Of a stretch of 14,671 nt of DNA, positions 6,751-14,671 are shown piece by piece (the first letter of the stretch is position 1; each line of letters opens with the position of its first letter). This DNA is from Myxococcota bacterium (GTDB taxonomy: Bacteria; Myxococcota_A; UBA796; CAJQPC01), in the NCBI GenBank assembly GCA_036012755.1, contig DASCPX010000100.1, positions 1 through 14,671 on the forward strand, written 5' to 3'. The position numbers and the translations under genes were made by a program. The notes under the pieces were generated by a model, which was not told the origin of the DNA, did no database searches, and saw only the letters and a program-made list of their open reading frames with translations.

Positions 6751-9299
6751 ATGGTGGCAACCTCTCGGGAAGCCCAGATCCACAGCGACGCCAGACCGCT
6801 CGTGGACGAGCTGGTAGATACCCTGACCGCTGGCGAAGACTGGCTCGCGGCGCTCGAAGCCCTGCAGGCCGCGCTGCCGGGGGCGACCTGGGCACCAGGC
6901 GAGTCGTTCACGAACGATCTCAGCCAGTTGAAGCTCACGATCCGAGGTGTGTGCGAGCTCCTGGAGGGCCAGCGCATCCAGCCGGACGAGGGCGCCGCGC
7001 TCCTGCAGGCCCTGCTCGAGGAACGCCCCGCGGTCCAGGACTTCTCTCTCCCAGAGGATCGCTACGAGACCGGGGACCTGCTGGGCATGGGTGGCATGGG
7101 CGAGGTCCGCGCCGTGCACGACCGCCGCCTCGGACGCACGGTCGCCATCAAGCGGCTGCTCGCTCCCTCGTCGAGTCGATCGACCGCTTCGTCCAGGAAG
7201 CCCGCATCACCGCACAGCTGGAACACCCCAATATCGTTCCGATCTACGACCTTCGCGTCGAGGACGGCACCCCCGTGCTGGCCATGCGCGAGGTCCGCGG
7301 AGTGAGCCTGAGATAGCTGCTGACCCGGGGAGAGGGTGGCGACCTGCAGGCCCGCCTCGAGGTCTTCAAGAAGGTCTGCGACGCCCTGGCCTACGCCCAC
7401 AGCCGCGGGGTCGTGCACCGGGACCTCAAGGCCGACAACGTCATGGTCGGCGCCTTCGGCGAGGTGCAGGTCATGGACTGGGGCCTCGCCAAGCTGGTGG
7501 ACGCGGAGGAGGGCCCGCTCCCCCAGGTCCGCGGCAGCCAGAGCTCGGCGGCGACCCGAATCGGCACCATCATCGGCACTCCACGCTCGATGGCACCAGA
7601 GCAGGCCCTGGGTCGAGCCGCCGACCGACGCTCCGACATCTGGGCCCTGGGGGGGCTGCTCTACGAGCTGCTCTGCGACAAGCGGCCCTTCGATGGCTCC
7701 ATCGAAGAGGTCCTGGACGCGATCCGCGTCTACCGCTTCGACGGCGTGCCCGCGCTCCGAGCAGAGATCGTCGCCTGGGATATGGGCCTGCCGATCCAGA
7801 GCCTGCGGTACTCGGCCCTGTCCCGAGCGAGGCTGTGGCTGGGCCGTCACAGGAAGCAGGTCGTGCCCGCGACGGTGACCGCGGGCGTCGCCTTCGCGCT
7901 CCTGCTCGGAGGTGTCTTCCAGTACGCAAAGGACATGGCAGCGGCCCGGGACGAGGCCATGGCCGAACGAGACCGCGCGGTCCAGGCCGAGACAGAGGCC
8001 CTGCACCGCGTGCTGGACGCAGAGCTGGCCAGCGCGCGCGCGGCGCTCGCCAGTGACGCCTGGCTGGAGGCGCGGACCCGCTGGACCACTGCAGCCGCCC
8101 TGGCGAAGCAGCTCGGCGCGGACGGGCGCGAGGCGGCGCTCGGTCTGGCCCTGGCCGGGGACGACTGGCTGTTCTCGAGCGCGGACGAGCTCCTCTTCGG
8201 GGGCGCGGAGCGCACCCTCTGGCATCGAAGCAGCAAGCCCGTGGAGTCGGCCTGGCTCTCACCCGACGGCGACCGCGCGATCCTGGTTGGCTTCGAGCCA
8301 GAGGTCCCGATCATCGACCTGCAGACCGGCGAGGTCGTCTCCCTGGTGGCCTCTGGGCCCACGGCGGACGCTCGCTGGCTGTCGCCGCGGCACGTCGCCA
8401 CCCTGGCCTATGACGGCGCCGTCCGGATCTGGGAGCTGCCCGAACACGCGATGGGCACCTCGAAGCTGGAGGGCGACCGCCCCATCGGGGGCTCCTTCGA
8501 CTCCTCCGGCGAGCGCCTGTTGCTGTCGGGTTGGGCCGGCGACGTGTGGCTGGTCGAGGTGCGCACCGGAGAGGTCGTGGCCCGCCTCGAGGGGCCCCCA
8601 GACGGCGCCCGCGACGCCCAGTTCTCCCTCGACGGCCAGCGGGCCCTGCTCGCCGGTCGGGATGGGTCCGCCTGGGTCCTCGACCTGGCCTCTGGCGAGG
8701 TCCTCGACAAGCACCCCCTCGACGATCTGCTCTCCACGGTGGTGGAGACCGAGGCAGGCCTCCTGGCCACCGGCAGCTCCGGCCAGATCTTCCTGGGCGA
8801 GACCACCATCGATGCTCACGACGGGGTGATCTGGGAGCTCGAGCGGGACCCGACGACCGGCCGCTTCGTCACCACTGGCCGTCACCACGACGACGGGCGC
8901 CTCCGCCTGTGGGCTGCGGACGGCCAATCTCTGGCCGTGCTCGACCTGGACACGGCGGTCTACCGCGCTGCCATCACGCCAGAGCGCATGGCCGCTGGGG
9001 GACACGTCGGCCGGGTGGTCGTCGCCGACCACGAGGGCCAGGTGCTGCTGGACTTCCAAGCACACCAGGGACCGGCGATGGCGGTGGCGATGCACGGGGA
9101 CCTGCTCGCGACCACCGGCTACGACCTCTCCCTCAACCTGTGGGACATCGAGACAGGGCACCCCCTGCTGGAGCTCGAGGCCTTCAGCGAGTCAGGGCTC
9201 GACCTGGAGTTCTCTCCCGACGGCCGCTGGTTGATGGCGGTGTCCGGGAGCGGGGAGCTGTTGCTCTTCAACCTGGAGCGCCACCGGTCCGCGGACTGA
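6751..9299 (+). pseudogene. Disrupted Hanks-type Ser/Thr kinase-TM-WD40 protein
   Basis: LGMGGMGEV and VAIK in one frame; 1-nt frameshift at ~7168-7170 into VESIDRFVQEARITAQLEHPNIVPIY; in-frame TAG 7314-7316; then HRDLKADN, DWGLAK, GTPRSMAPEQ, SDIWALG. Subdomain X-XI looks shortened near 7730. TM VTAGVAFALLLGGVF and multiple WD40 repeats follow. Start uncertain. Confidence 0.85.
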
Positions 9300-9356
9300 T
9301 GCCCCTGGCCGAGCCCCCACCCTCGCGGCTATTAGATGAGCTGGCCCGGAGAGCTC

Positions 9357-10424
9357 ATGCCGTTGTTCGTCCTGCTCGCCTGCACCTCCAACCCCGAGGA
9401 GCCGACCCCTGATCCCGTCGTCGACACCGGCGAGGCACCCACGGGACCCGCGTGGCCTCAGGGCGCCTGGGAGGAGGGCCCGCCAGAGGACCATGGCGTG
9501 GACACGGACGCCCTCGAGACCCTGCGCACCTACACCTTCGACAGCCGCCACAACACCCAGGCGCTGCTCGTCATCAAGGACGGCGTGCTCGTCGGCGAGT
9601 TCTACGAAGAGGGCTACGACGCCGACAGCGAGGTCACGAGCTGGTCAGTGGCCAAGAGCGTGGTCTCGGCGCTGGTCGGTGTGGGCATTCGCGAAGAGGT
9701 GCTCCACCTCGACGACCCTGTCGGGACCTACGTCTCCGACTGGTCAGAGGGGCCAAACGAGGCCATCACGATCCGCCACATGCTCGAGATGCGCTCCGGA
9801 CTCGATCCGAACACCACCAACGAATACGGCGTCTACGGCGAGGAGCCCGACCAGCTGGCCTACAGCCTCGACCGGGTCCCCGTACGCGAACCCGGACTCC
9901 AGTTCAGCTACGTCAACGAGGACTCCATGGTGCTCGGCGAGGTCCTCGCCCAAGCATTCGATACAGACTTTCGCGATCTCGCCGAGGCCGAGATCTTCGG
10001 CCCCATCGGCTTGGAGGGGGCCTGGTGGACTGACGGAGAAGGCCACGCGCTGACCTACTGCTGCATCGACTCGACCGCCCGCGACCTCGCACGCTTCGGA
10101 CTGCTGTATTCTCGCGGTGGCACCTGGGAAGAGACCCGATTGGTGCCAGAGGACTTCGTCTCCGAGAGCACCACCGGCATCAGCTACGGCGGCTACTACG
10201 GCCTCCACTGGTGGACCTTCGGCGAGATCTACACGGCCATCGGCTACCACGGTCAGTACATCTACGTGATGCCCGAAGAGGACCTCGTCGTCGTTCGCTT
10301 CGGCCTCTACGAGCGAGTGGGGGACGAGCGCGTGAGGACGGGCGACAACTGGCACGACACCTCGGACTACGGACCGCTGGACGGCGAACACCTCACCGAA
10401 CTGGTGCTCGCGCTGGTGGACTGA
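9357..10424 (+). CDS. Serine hydrolase, beta-lactamase class C/AmpC-like family, lipoprotein
   Basis: MPLFVLLA-C lipobox after GGAGA; SxxK (SVAK), YxN-like (FSYVN), LxxDDPV, TIRHML.M.SG, ARDLARFG, YGLHWW, AIGYHGQ. Confidence 0.9.
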   Translation: MPLFVLLACTSNPEEPTPDPVVDTGEAPTGPAWPQGAWEEGPPEDHGVDTDALETLRTYTFDSRHNTQALLVIKDGVLVGEFYEEGYDADSEVTSWSVAKSVVSALVGVGIREEVLHLDDPVGTYVSDWSEGPNEAITIRHMLEMRSGLDPNTTNEYGVYGEEPDQLAYSLDRVPVREPGLQFSYVNEDSMVLGEVLAQAFDTDFRDLAEAEIFGPIGLEGAWWTDGEGHALTYCCIDSTARDLARFGLLYSRGGTWEETRLVPEDFVSESTTGISYGGYYGLHWWTFGEIYTAIGYHGQYIYVMPEEDLVVVRFGLYERVGDERVRTGDNWHDTSDYGPLDGEHLTELVLALVD

Positions 10425-10430
10425 GTCACC

Positions 10431-12087
10431 TCATCGCACACAGTCTTCTGGAGGCGCCCACACCGTCTCCCCCGCAGGGAAGGGAAGGACCGGCACCACC
10501 TCCAGGGTGTCTCGGCAGACTCGCAGGTTGGTGCGCTCTCCCAGAGGACCCGGCGGACTGTGTTCGGTGTCGTAGAGCGCCACGAAGCCGTGGGCCGACG
10601 CAACGAAGAAGACGGACTCGTCGCTGGAGAAGTTGACCTCGACAGCGGTGGAGTCCCCGTGGACCATGCTCTGCTCCAGCTCACCGGTGGCGGACCAGAA
10701 GGCGACGTGGCCGTCACCCCCCTGCCCAAAGACCCGTCCATCGGAGAGGATCTCCAGGTTGGTGACGGTGAAACCCGTGTCGGTCTGCCAGCGAGGCTCG
10801 AGCCCGGGGAGGTCCCACAGTCGCAGGTCCGTGCCAGAGGCCGTCGCCAGGACTCGCCCGTCGGATGAGGAAGCGAGCGCGTCCACCACGCCGCGATGTG
10901 CAGGCTTCAGGTGGACCTTCCAGTCGCTGGTGTCCACGACGCCGATCTGGCCATCCGACGCGCCCAGCGCGATCCAGCGCGTGCCAGCAGACGTGAGGCG
11001 CCACATCGGAGCGCCGACAGCCAGGTCCGAGCGCTCGCCGTCGAGCACGCGGAGGAACTCGTGCCCTCCCATCACCATGCTCACGATGTAGTCGGGGCCC
11101 ATCAGCATGGTGCGCAGCCTTCCGCCCCCCGAGTCGAGCAGGACCTCCTGCCGTTCGCCGTCGAGGCTCCAGCGCGTGACGCCGTCGACCTGCTCCCCCT
11201 GCTCCCCCCGCATCGCCTTCAGCGCCGAGCCGTCCAGCTCCGCCGACATCTTCTTCGGCGAAGCTCCCTGGTCCGTGCGCGATGCCCCAGGTCGAGCTGT
11301 CCTGTTCGTCGAGCCGGCACCTCGGCTCGCCAGTGCGAGCGTCGATCAGCTCGGGCACCAGCTCCCCAGCCGACAACGCGTTGTCCGCGAGCCGTCGCTC
11401 CGCCGGCAGGAACTCGGACTGCTCCAGCGCCGCTCGCCAGAGCGCCATCGAGCGCAGCGGCCGCTCCTGCGAGGCCTGCAGATCCGCCTCCGAGATGAGG
11501 CTCCGGACCAGCGACCGCCTGGCCTCGAAGGCCGTCTGCTCCTGCTCCTGCCGCACCTGGACGAGCCCCAGCACCGACGCCACGGCGGTCGTGACCAGGA
11601 AGGTGGCCAGACCCAGCTGCAGCCCCCTCAGCCGCCGGCGCCGGCGGGCAGCCCAGGCCTCGGCCGTCTCGAGGAAGAGCCGCTGTCGCGCGCTCAGGGG
11701 AAGGTGCTCCCGCCACAACAGGGCCTGCTCCAGGCTCTCCGAGGACCACAACAGGCCCGGCTTGCGACCACGCTCGTCCCAGGCTCGCGCCGCCTCGTCC
11801 AGTCGGTCCAGGAAGCGGTGCTGCTCCTGCTGCTCGCCGAGCCAGGCCCGCAGGCGACTCCAGCGCTGGACGAGCAGGTCGTGGGCGAGGTTGGCCTGGC
11901 GCTGGCCGTCCTCGCGCGAGGCGGTCAGCAGGCGACCCGCGACCAGGGTGTCCAACACGCTGTCCGCTCCTGGCCCGACACGCTCCAGCAGCTCGTCCAC
12001 CGCCTGGCGGCGACGGGTGCCCTCGCTGCTCACGAGAGCACACAGCAGCGCGCGGGCGAGAGGGACATCGTCGGCGTCGAGGCCCAT
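10431..12087 (-). pseudogene. 5'-truncated, frameshifted nSTAND1-type NTPase-TM-WD40 gene (NTPase core missing)
   Basis: Starts directly in the post-ATPase helical region (ARALLCALVSSEGTRRR...LVAGRLL...LAHDLLVQRWSRLRAWL...AARAWDERGR...LW); TM LGLATFLVTTAVASVLGLV; frame switch at about 11250-11280 into WD40 repeats (AHRGVVDALASSSDGRVLATASGTDLRLWD). No Walker A/B, and only 18 nt separate it from the ankyrin stop. Confidence 0.75.
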
Positions 12088-12105
12088 GAGCCGATGTTCT
12101 CACCT

Positions 12106-12603
12106 TCAGAGGTCGGCGAGCTCCGCCCACAAGCTCTGCGCCAGGTGCGAGGCGCGTGGAGTCCGGCCCGAGTCGTTCACTCGGTCGAGGTCCGCCCCGG
12201 CTTCGACCAGGAGCCGCACGAGCCGGCCGAAGCGAGCTCGCCGGGGGGTGTTGATCTCCAGCCCACCGAAGTGCAGGGCCTTCCAGACCGGCCCGTTTCC
12301 CCATTTGTCCGGCGGGTCCGGCTCGGCACCGGCCTCGAGCAGGCGCTCGGCGAGCTCGATGTTGCCTCGCTCCGCGGCGAGGTGTAGCGCCGTCTGCTCG
12401 AAGCGCGCGCCGTCTCGTTCATTGGGGTCCGCGCCCGCGTCGAGCAGCCAGGCGCAGATGCGAAAGCTGCTGTCCTCGCGCATCGCGGCGTGGTGCAGCA
12501 GGGGGTAGCCAGCGGAGTCCCGACCCAGTCGGGGGCTGCCCTCGCGCAGGGCCGCTCGGATCTCCCGCAGTCCGCCGGTCTGAATCAGCCTGGTCCAGTT
12601 CAC
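12106..12603 (-). CDS. Ankyrin repeat protein
   Basis: 3' part of ORF 12106..14370: GYPLLHHAA, LLDAGADPN, QTALHLAAERGNIELAERLLEAGAEPD, GNGPVWKA, LLVEAGADLD..NDSGRTP. GTG 12603 is preceded by TATAGG-N6. Confidence 0.85.
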   Translation of the reverse strand: MNWTRLIQTGGLREIRAALREGSPRLGRDSAGYPLLHHAAMREDSSFRICAWLLDAGADPNERDGARFEQTALHLAAERGNIELAERLLEAGAEPDPPDKWGNGPVWKALHFGGLEINTPRRARFGRLVRLLVEAGADLDRVNDSGRTPRASHLAQSLWAELADL

Positions 12604-12645
12604 CGGGAGCCTATAGCCTGTGCTCGCGGCACCTCGGATCCTCAG

Positions 12646-13968
12646 ATGCTCTCCATCTCGATGATGCTCGTCAGCGCTGCGGACGCCGCCACGTGGAGCG
12701 AAGTCGGCTGGTCCTCGTCCGGCGAAGCCCCGGATCTCGCCCGAGACTCCGAGACCGGGGACGTCCACCTCGCCTGGCTCGACGGCGGCTATGCCAACCA
12801 CGCCGTCTTCCGAGCCGACGGCGAGCTGCTCGAGACCAACCGCGAGTCCGCGTGGTCCGGAGAGGGCAACGGCTGGACCTTCGGCCCCGGGGTCGCCGTG
12901 GGGCCCGAAAGCGATGTCTACCTCTCCTTCAAGACCGGCGAGGGGGGCTGGGTCTACTCCACGTGGCTGACCGTGCGCTCCTCTGGCTCCTGGAGCAGCC
13001 CCATCGCGCTGCAGCAGTCGGCCGAGCGCGGCTACGGAAGCCAGGTCGCCGCCGACGAGCTCGGGGCCACCGTCGTCGTCGAGCGCGCCGACGAGGTCCC
13101 CTACGGCGCCATGAGCCACTGGACGGTCCAGGGAGGCTCGCTGGTCGCCAGCGGAGACCTCACCGAGGCCCGGGTGGACGACCGCGTCGACGTCATCGCC
13201 GGGGCCCAGGCGGGGGATCGGCACGCCTTCGCCGGCTACCCCAACCCGGGGGGCCACATCTACTACGCCTGGTCCGGTGACGGAGGGCTGAGCTGGTCGG
13301 GCGGAGGGGCGATCGAGTCCGGCAGCTGCGGAGGCGGGCGCAACGGCCAACCAGACGCGGCGCTCGACGCAGAAGGGCGCGTCCACCTCGTCTACGGCTG
13401 CTCGGAAGACAGCGACGTCGGGGGTCCATCCGTCCGACACGCCATCATCTCGGGGCACACGGTCATCTCGGACTCGGTCCTGACCAGCGACCTGACCGAG
13501 TGGCACCTGTCCCTCGGCATCGCCCGGGTGGCCACTCGCGGGGACCACGTCGTCATCGCGTGGCTCACCCACGACTCCGGCGCGCTGTATGTCTCCCACT
13601 CCGAAGACGGAGGCGGATCCTGGCTGGACCCCGTCCAGATCGCGGGCCAGGGAGGCGACGCAGAGGGCCGCAACGCCCCCGCCATCGTGGCCACCGAGGG
13701 CGCTGTCTTCCTGGCCTGGAGCGACGGGAGCACCGTCCATCTCACGCGCGGCGAGATCCAGGAGGACGAGCCCGAAGAGGAACCCCACGACACCGACGAC
13801 ACCGACGACACCGCGTCCGATGGAGACAGCGGGGAACAAGGCGACGAGCACCCCGACCGACGACCCAGGGAGATCCCCGAAGAAGACGAGTCCACGGGCT
13901 GCAACACCCTTCCCGGTCCCCTCGGCCTCTGGCTCCTGGGCCTGGCGCTCTCGAGGAGGAGGCGCTGA
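12646..13968 (+). CDS. Secreted BNR/Asp-box (sialidase-like beta-propeller) protein with acidic linker and MYXO-CTERM-like anchor
   Basis: Signal MLSISMMLVSAADA; Asp-boxes YAWSGDGGLSWS and YVSHSEDGGGSW; linker EDEPEEEPHDTDDTDDT; GC-x-LGLWLLGLALSRRRR*. Confidence 0.8.
   Translation: MLSISMMLVSAADAATWSEVGWSSSGEAPDLARDSETGDVHLAWLDGGYANHAVFRADGELLETNRESAWSGEGNGWTFGPGVAVGPESDVYLSFKTGEGGWVYSTWLTVRSSGSWSSPIALQQSAERGYGSQVAADELGATVVVERADEVPYGAMSHWTVQGGSLVASGDLTEARVDDRVDVIAGAQAGDRHAFAGYPNPGGHIYYAWSGDGGLSWSGGGAIESGSCGGGRNGQPDAALDAEGRVHLVYGCSEDSDVGGPSVRHAIISGHTVISDSVLTSDLTEWHLSLGIARVATRGDHVVIAWLTHDSGALYVSHSEDGGGSWLDPVQIAGQGGDAEGRNAPAIVATEGAVFLAWSDGSTVHLTRGEIQEDEPEEEPHDTDDTDDTASDGDSGEQGDEHPDRRPREIPEEDESTGCNTLPGPLGLWLLGLALSRRRR
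13789..13813 (+). repeat. 9-bp tandem repeat (GACACCGAC, about 2.8 copies) encoding the DTD linker
   Basis: gacaccgac gacaccgac gacaccg. Confidence 0.6.
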
Positions 13969-14016
13969 GCTTCCCCGATTCACCTCCATCTGGCCGGTGA
14001 GCGGTATCGGCGACCC

Positions 14017-14550
14017 ATGCTCACGCTGAAGCTCTCCTGCACTCCTGATTGCGACGACTGCTTCACCTGCGGGCCTGGGACCCACGAAGAAGACGGCGTC
14101 TGTATCCCCGACGAAGAGGCGGACGCCGACACGGACACCGATGTCGAGTGCGGCGTCGTGGCCTTCCGGCGGGCCTACGGCGACATCTGGACCATGGACG
14201 AGGACGGGAGCAACCAGACCCAGGTCACCGCCTCCGATGACCAGAAGAACTACCCCTCGATCTCTCCGGACTGCAGCCAGATCGCCTACAGCAACTACAC
14301 GGCGCTGACCCTGAACGTCGTGGACATCGACGGCGGAAACGACACGATCATCCTCGACAGTGGCGTGCACTGGTTCCGCCCGGCCTGGTCTCCCGACGGC
14401 ACGTCGCTGGCCTCCTCCAGCGAACTGGACGGCGAGCGGGCCATCTACACGATGAACATCGACGGGACCGGGCTGTCGAGAGTCACCGACGCCGCCTCGT
14501 TCGCCGGGGACCCCTGGTACTCACCGGATGGCATATCGCGCCGATCATGA
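14017..14550 (+). pseudogene. TolB-like PD40 beta-propeller (probable lipoprotein) truncated by IS630 insertion
   Basis: MLTLKLS-C, Cys-rich CGPGTHEEDGVC, DADTDTD linker; PD40 repeats PSISPDC, PAWSPDG, PWYSPDG; ends ISRRS* right after the third repeat, with the stop lying in IS sequence. Confidence 0.75.
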
Positions 14551-14671
14551 TGCTTGAGGGACATAGCCGCAGTGCCTGAACCAGGCCTCACAGTTCTTCG
14601 CTGTGATCTCTCGGAGGACAGTCCCGACGTCGGCCTCGAGGCGCTTGATGGTTCGCGGCGCCAGCGCGCGA
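14534..14671 (-). mobile_element. IS630-family insertion sequence, right end (continues beyond window)
   Basis: Transposase C-terminus on the minus strand; a TA dinucleotide at 14534-14535 lies about 10 nt past the transposase stop, where the TolB-like reading breaks. IS630 elements insert at TA. Confidence 0.75.
14545..14670 (-). CDS. IS630-family transposase, C-terminal 41 aa (partial)
   Basis: Not in the ORF track: RALAPRTIKRLEADVGTVLREITAKNCEAWFRHCGYVPQAS*, matching the IS630 C-terminal pattern RTxxxLxxAIxxALxxITxxDCxxWFxHCGY. Confidence 0.85.
   Translation of the reverse strand, partial: RALAPRTIKRLEADVGTVLREITAKNCEAWFRHCGYVPQAS

Noticed and set aside
7160..7180. Programmed ribosomal frameshift in the kinase (also considered at ~4302 and ~11277)
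   Set aside because: No slippery heptamer or homopolymer run at these junctions.
7314..7316. In-frame TAG as stop-codon reassignment or pyrrolysine
   Set aside because: TAG is the natural stop of 377..1198 and 3320..4114, and the same gene has other lesions.
9357..10424. Calling the serine hydrolase a true ampC resistance gene
   Set aside because: It has the fold motifs but lacks the AmpC KTG motif (AIG here); it fits the broad esterase/amidase group and the substrate is unknown.
4794..13813. Recurring GACACCGACGAC words (about 4797, 6473, 13789) as a CRISPR or dispersed repeat family
   Set aside because: All are in-frame codons of Asp/Thr linkers; there is no repeat-spacer periodicity and no cas gene.
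28..14240. Many long Arg/Pro/Gly-rich alternative-frame or antisense ORFs (e.g. 28..1245, 1250..2203, 2011..3255, 4133..5299, 7062..8225, 11107..12387, 11282..12508)
   Set aside because: Expected stop-poor shadow frames in high-GC DNA; they overlap better-supported genes and have no recognisable motifs, apart from the short real segments noted in the pseudogenes.
12604..14370. 754-aa minus-strand ORF 12106..14370 as one large ankyrin fusion protein
   Set aside because: The part above 12603 is the antisense shadow of the BNR and TolB-like genes; only the last 165 codons have ankyrin motifs.
14588..14606. TCACAG-N7-CTGTGA hairpin as a terminator
   Set aside because: Only a 6-bp stem with no U-tract, and it lies inside the IS630 transposase coding sequence.
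1..14671. tRNA, rRNA, riboswitch or CRISPR array
   Set aside because: None recognisable by eye; intergenic gaps are short. An Infernal/Rfam scan would be needed to exclude small ncRNAs.

Overview
High-GC bacterial DNA, most likely Myxococcota/deltaproteobacterial (inferred from two MYXO-CTERM-like sorting signals, kinase/STAND-WD40 genes and Asp/Thr-rich lipoprotein linkers). From left to right: the 3' end of an HNH restriction-type endonuclease followed by a single-HKD PLD nuclease with an unassigned C-terminal domain (candidate defence pair); a PEMT-like membrane methyltransferase; an intact RAYT/IS200-like (Y1 HUH) transposase homologue that lacks the HUH motif, carries a C-terminal HTH and sits behind a near-consensus sigma54 promoter and strong RBS; several exported proteins (lipoproteins, beta-helix and BNR proteins with MYXO-CTERM-like tails, a class C beta-lactamase-fold serine hydrolase); an ankyrin protein; and the end of an IS630 element that interrupts a TolB-like gene. 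Two window-wide patterns stand out. First, many genes are broken by frameshifts, a nonsense codon, apparent internal or terminal deletions and an IS insertion, interspersed with intact genes. Second, seven genes have a TANNN(T/G) hexamer 5-7 nt before the start codon and no clear SD, suggesting leaderless transcription. All family assignments come from motif recognition by eye; no searches were run.
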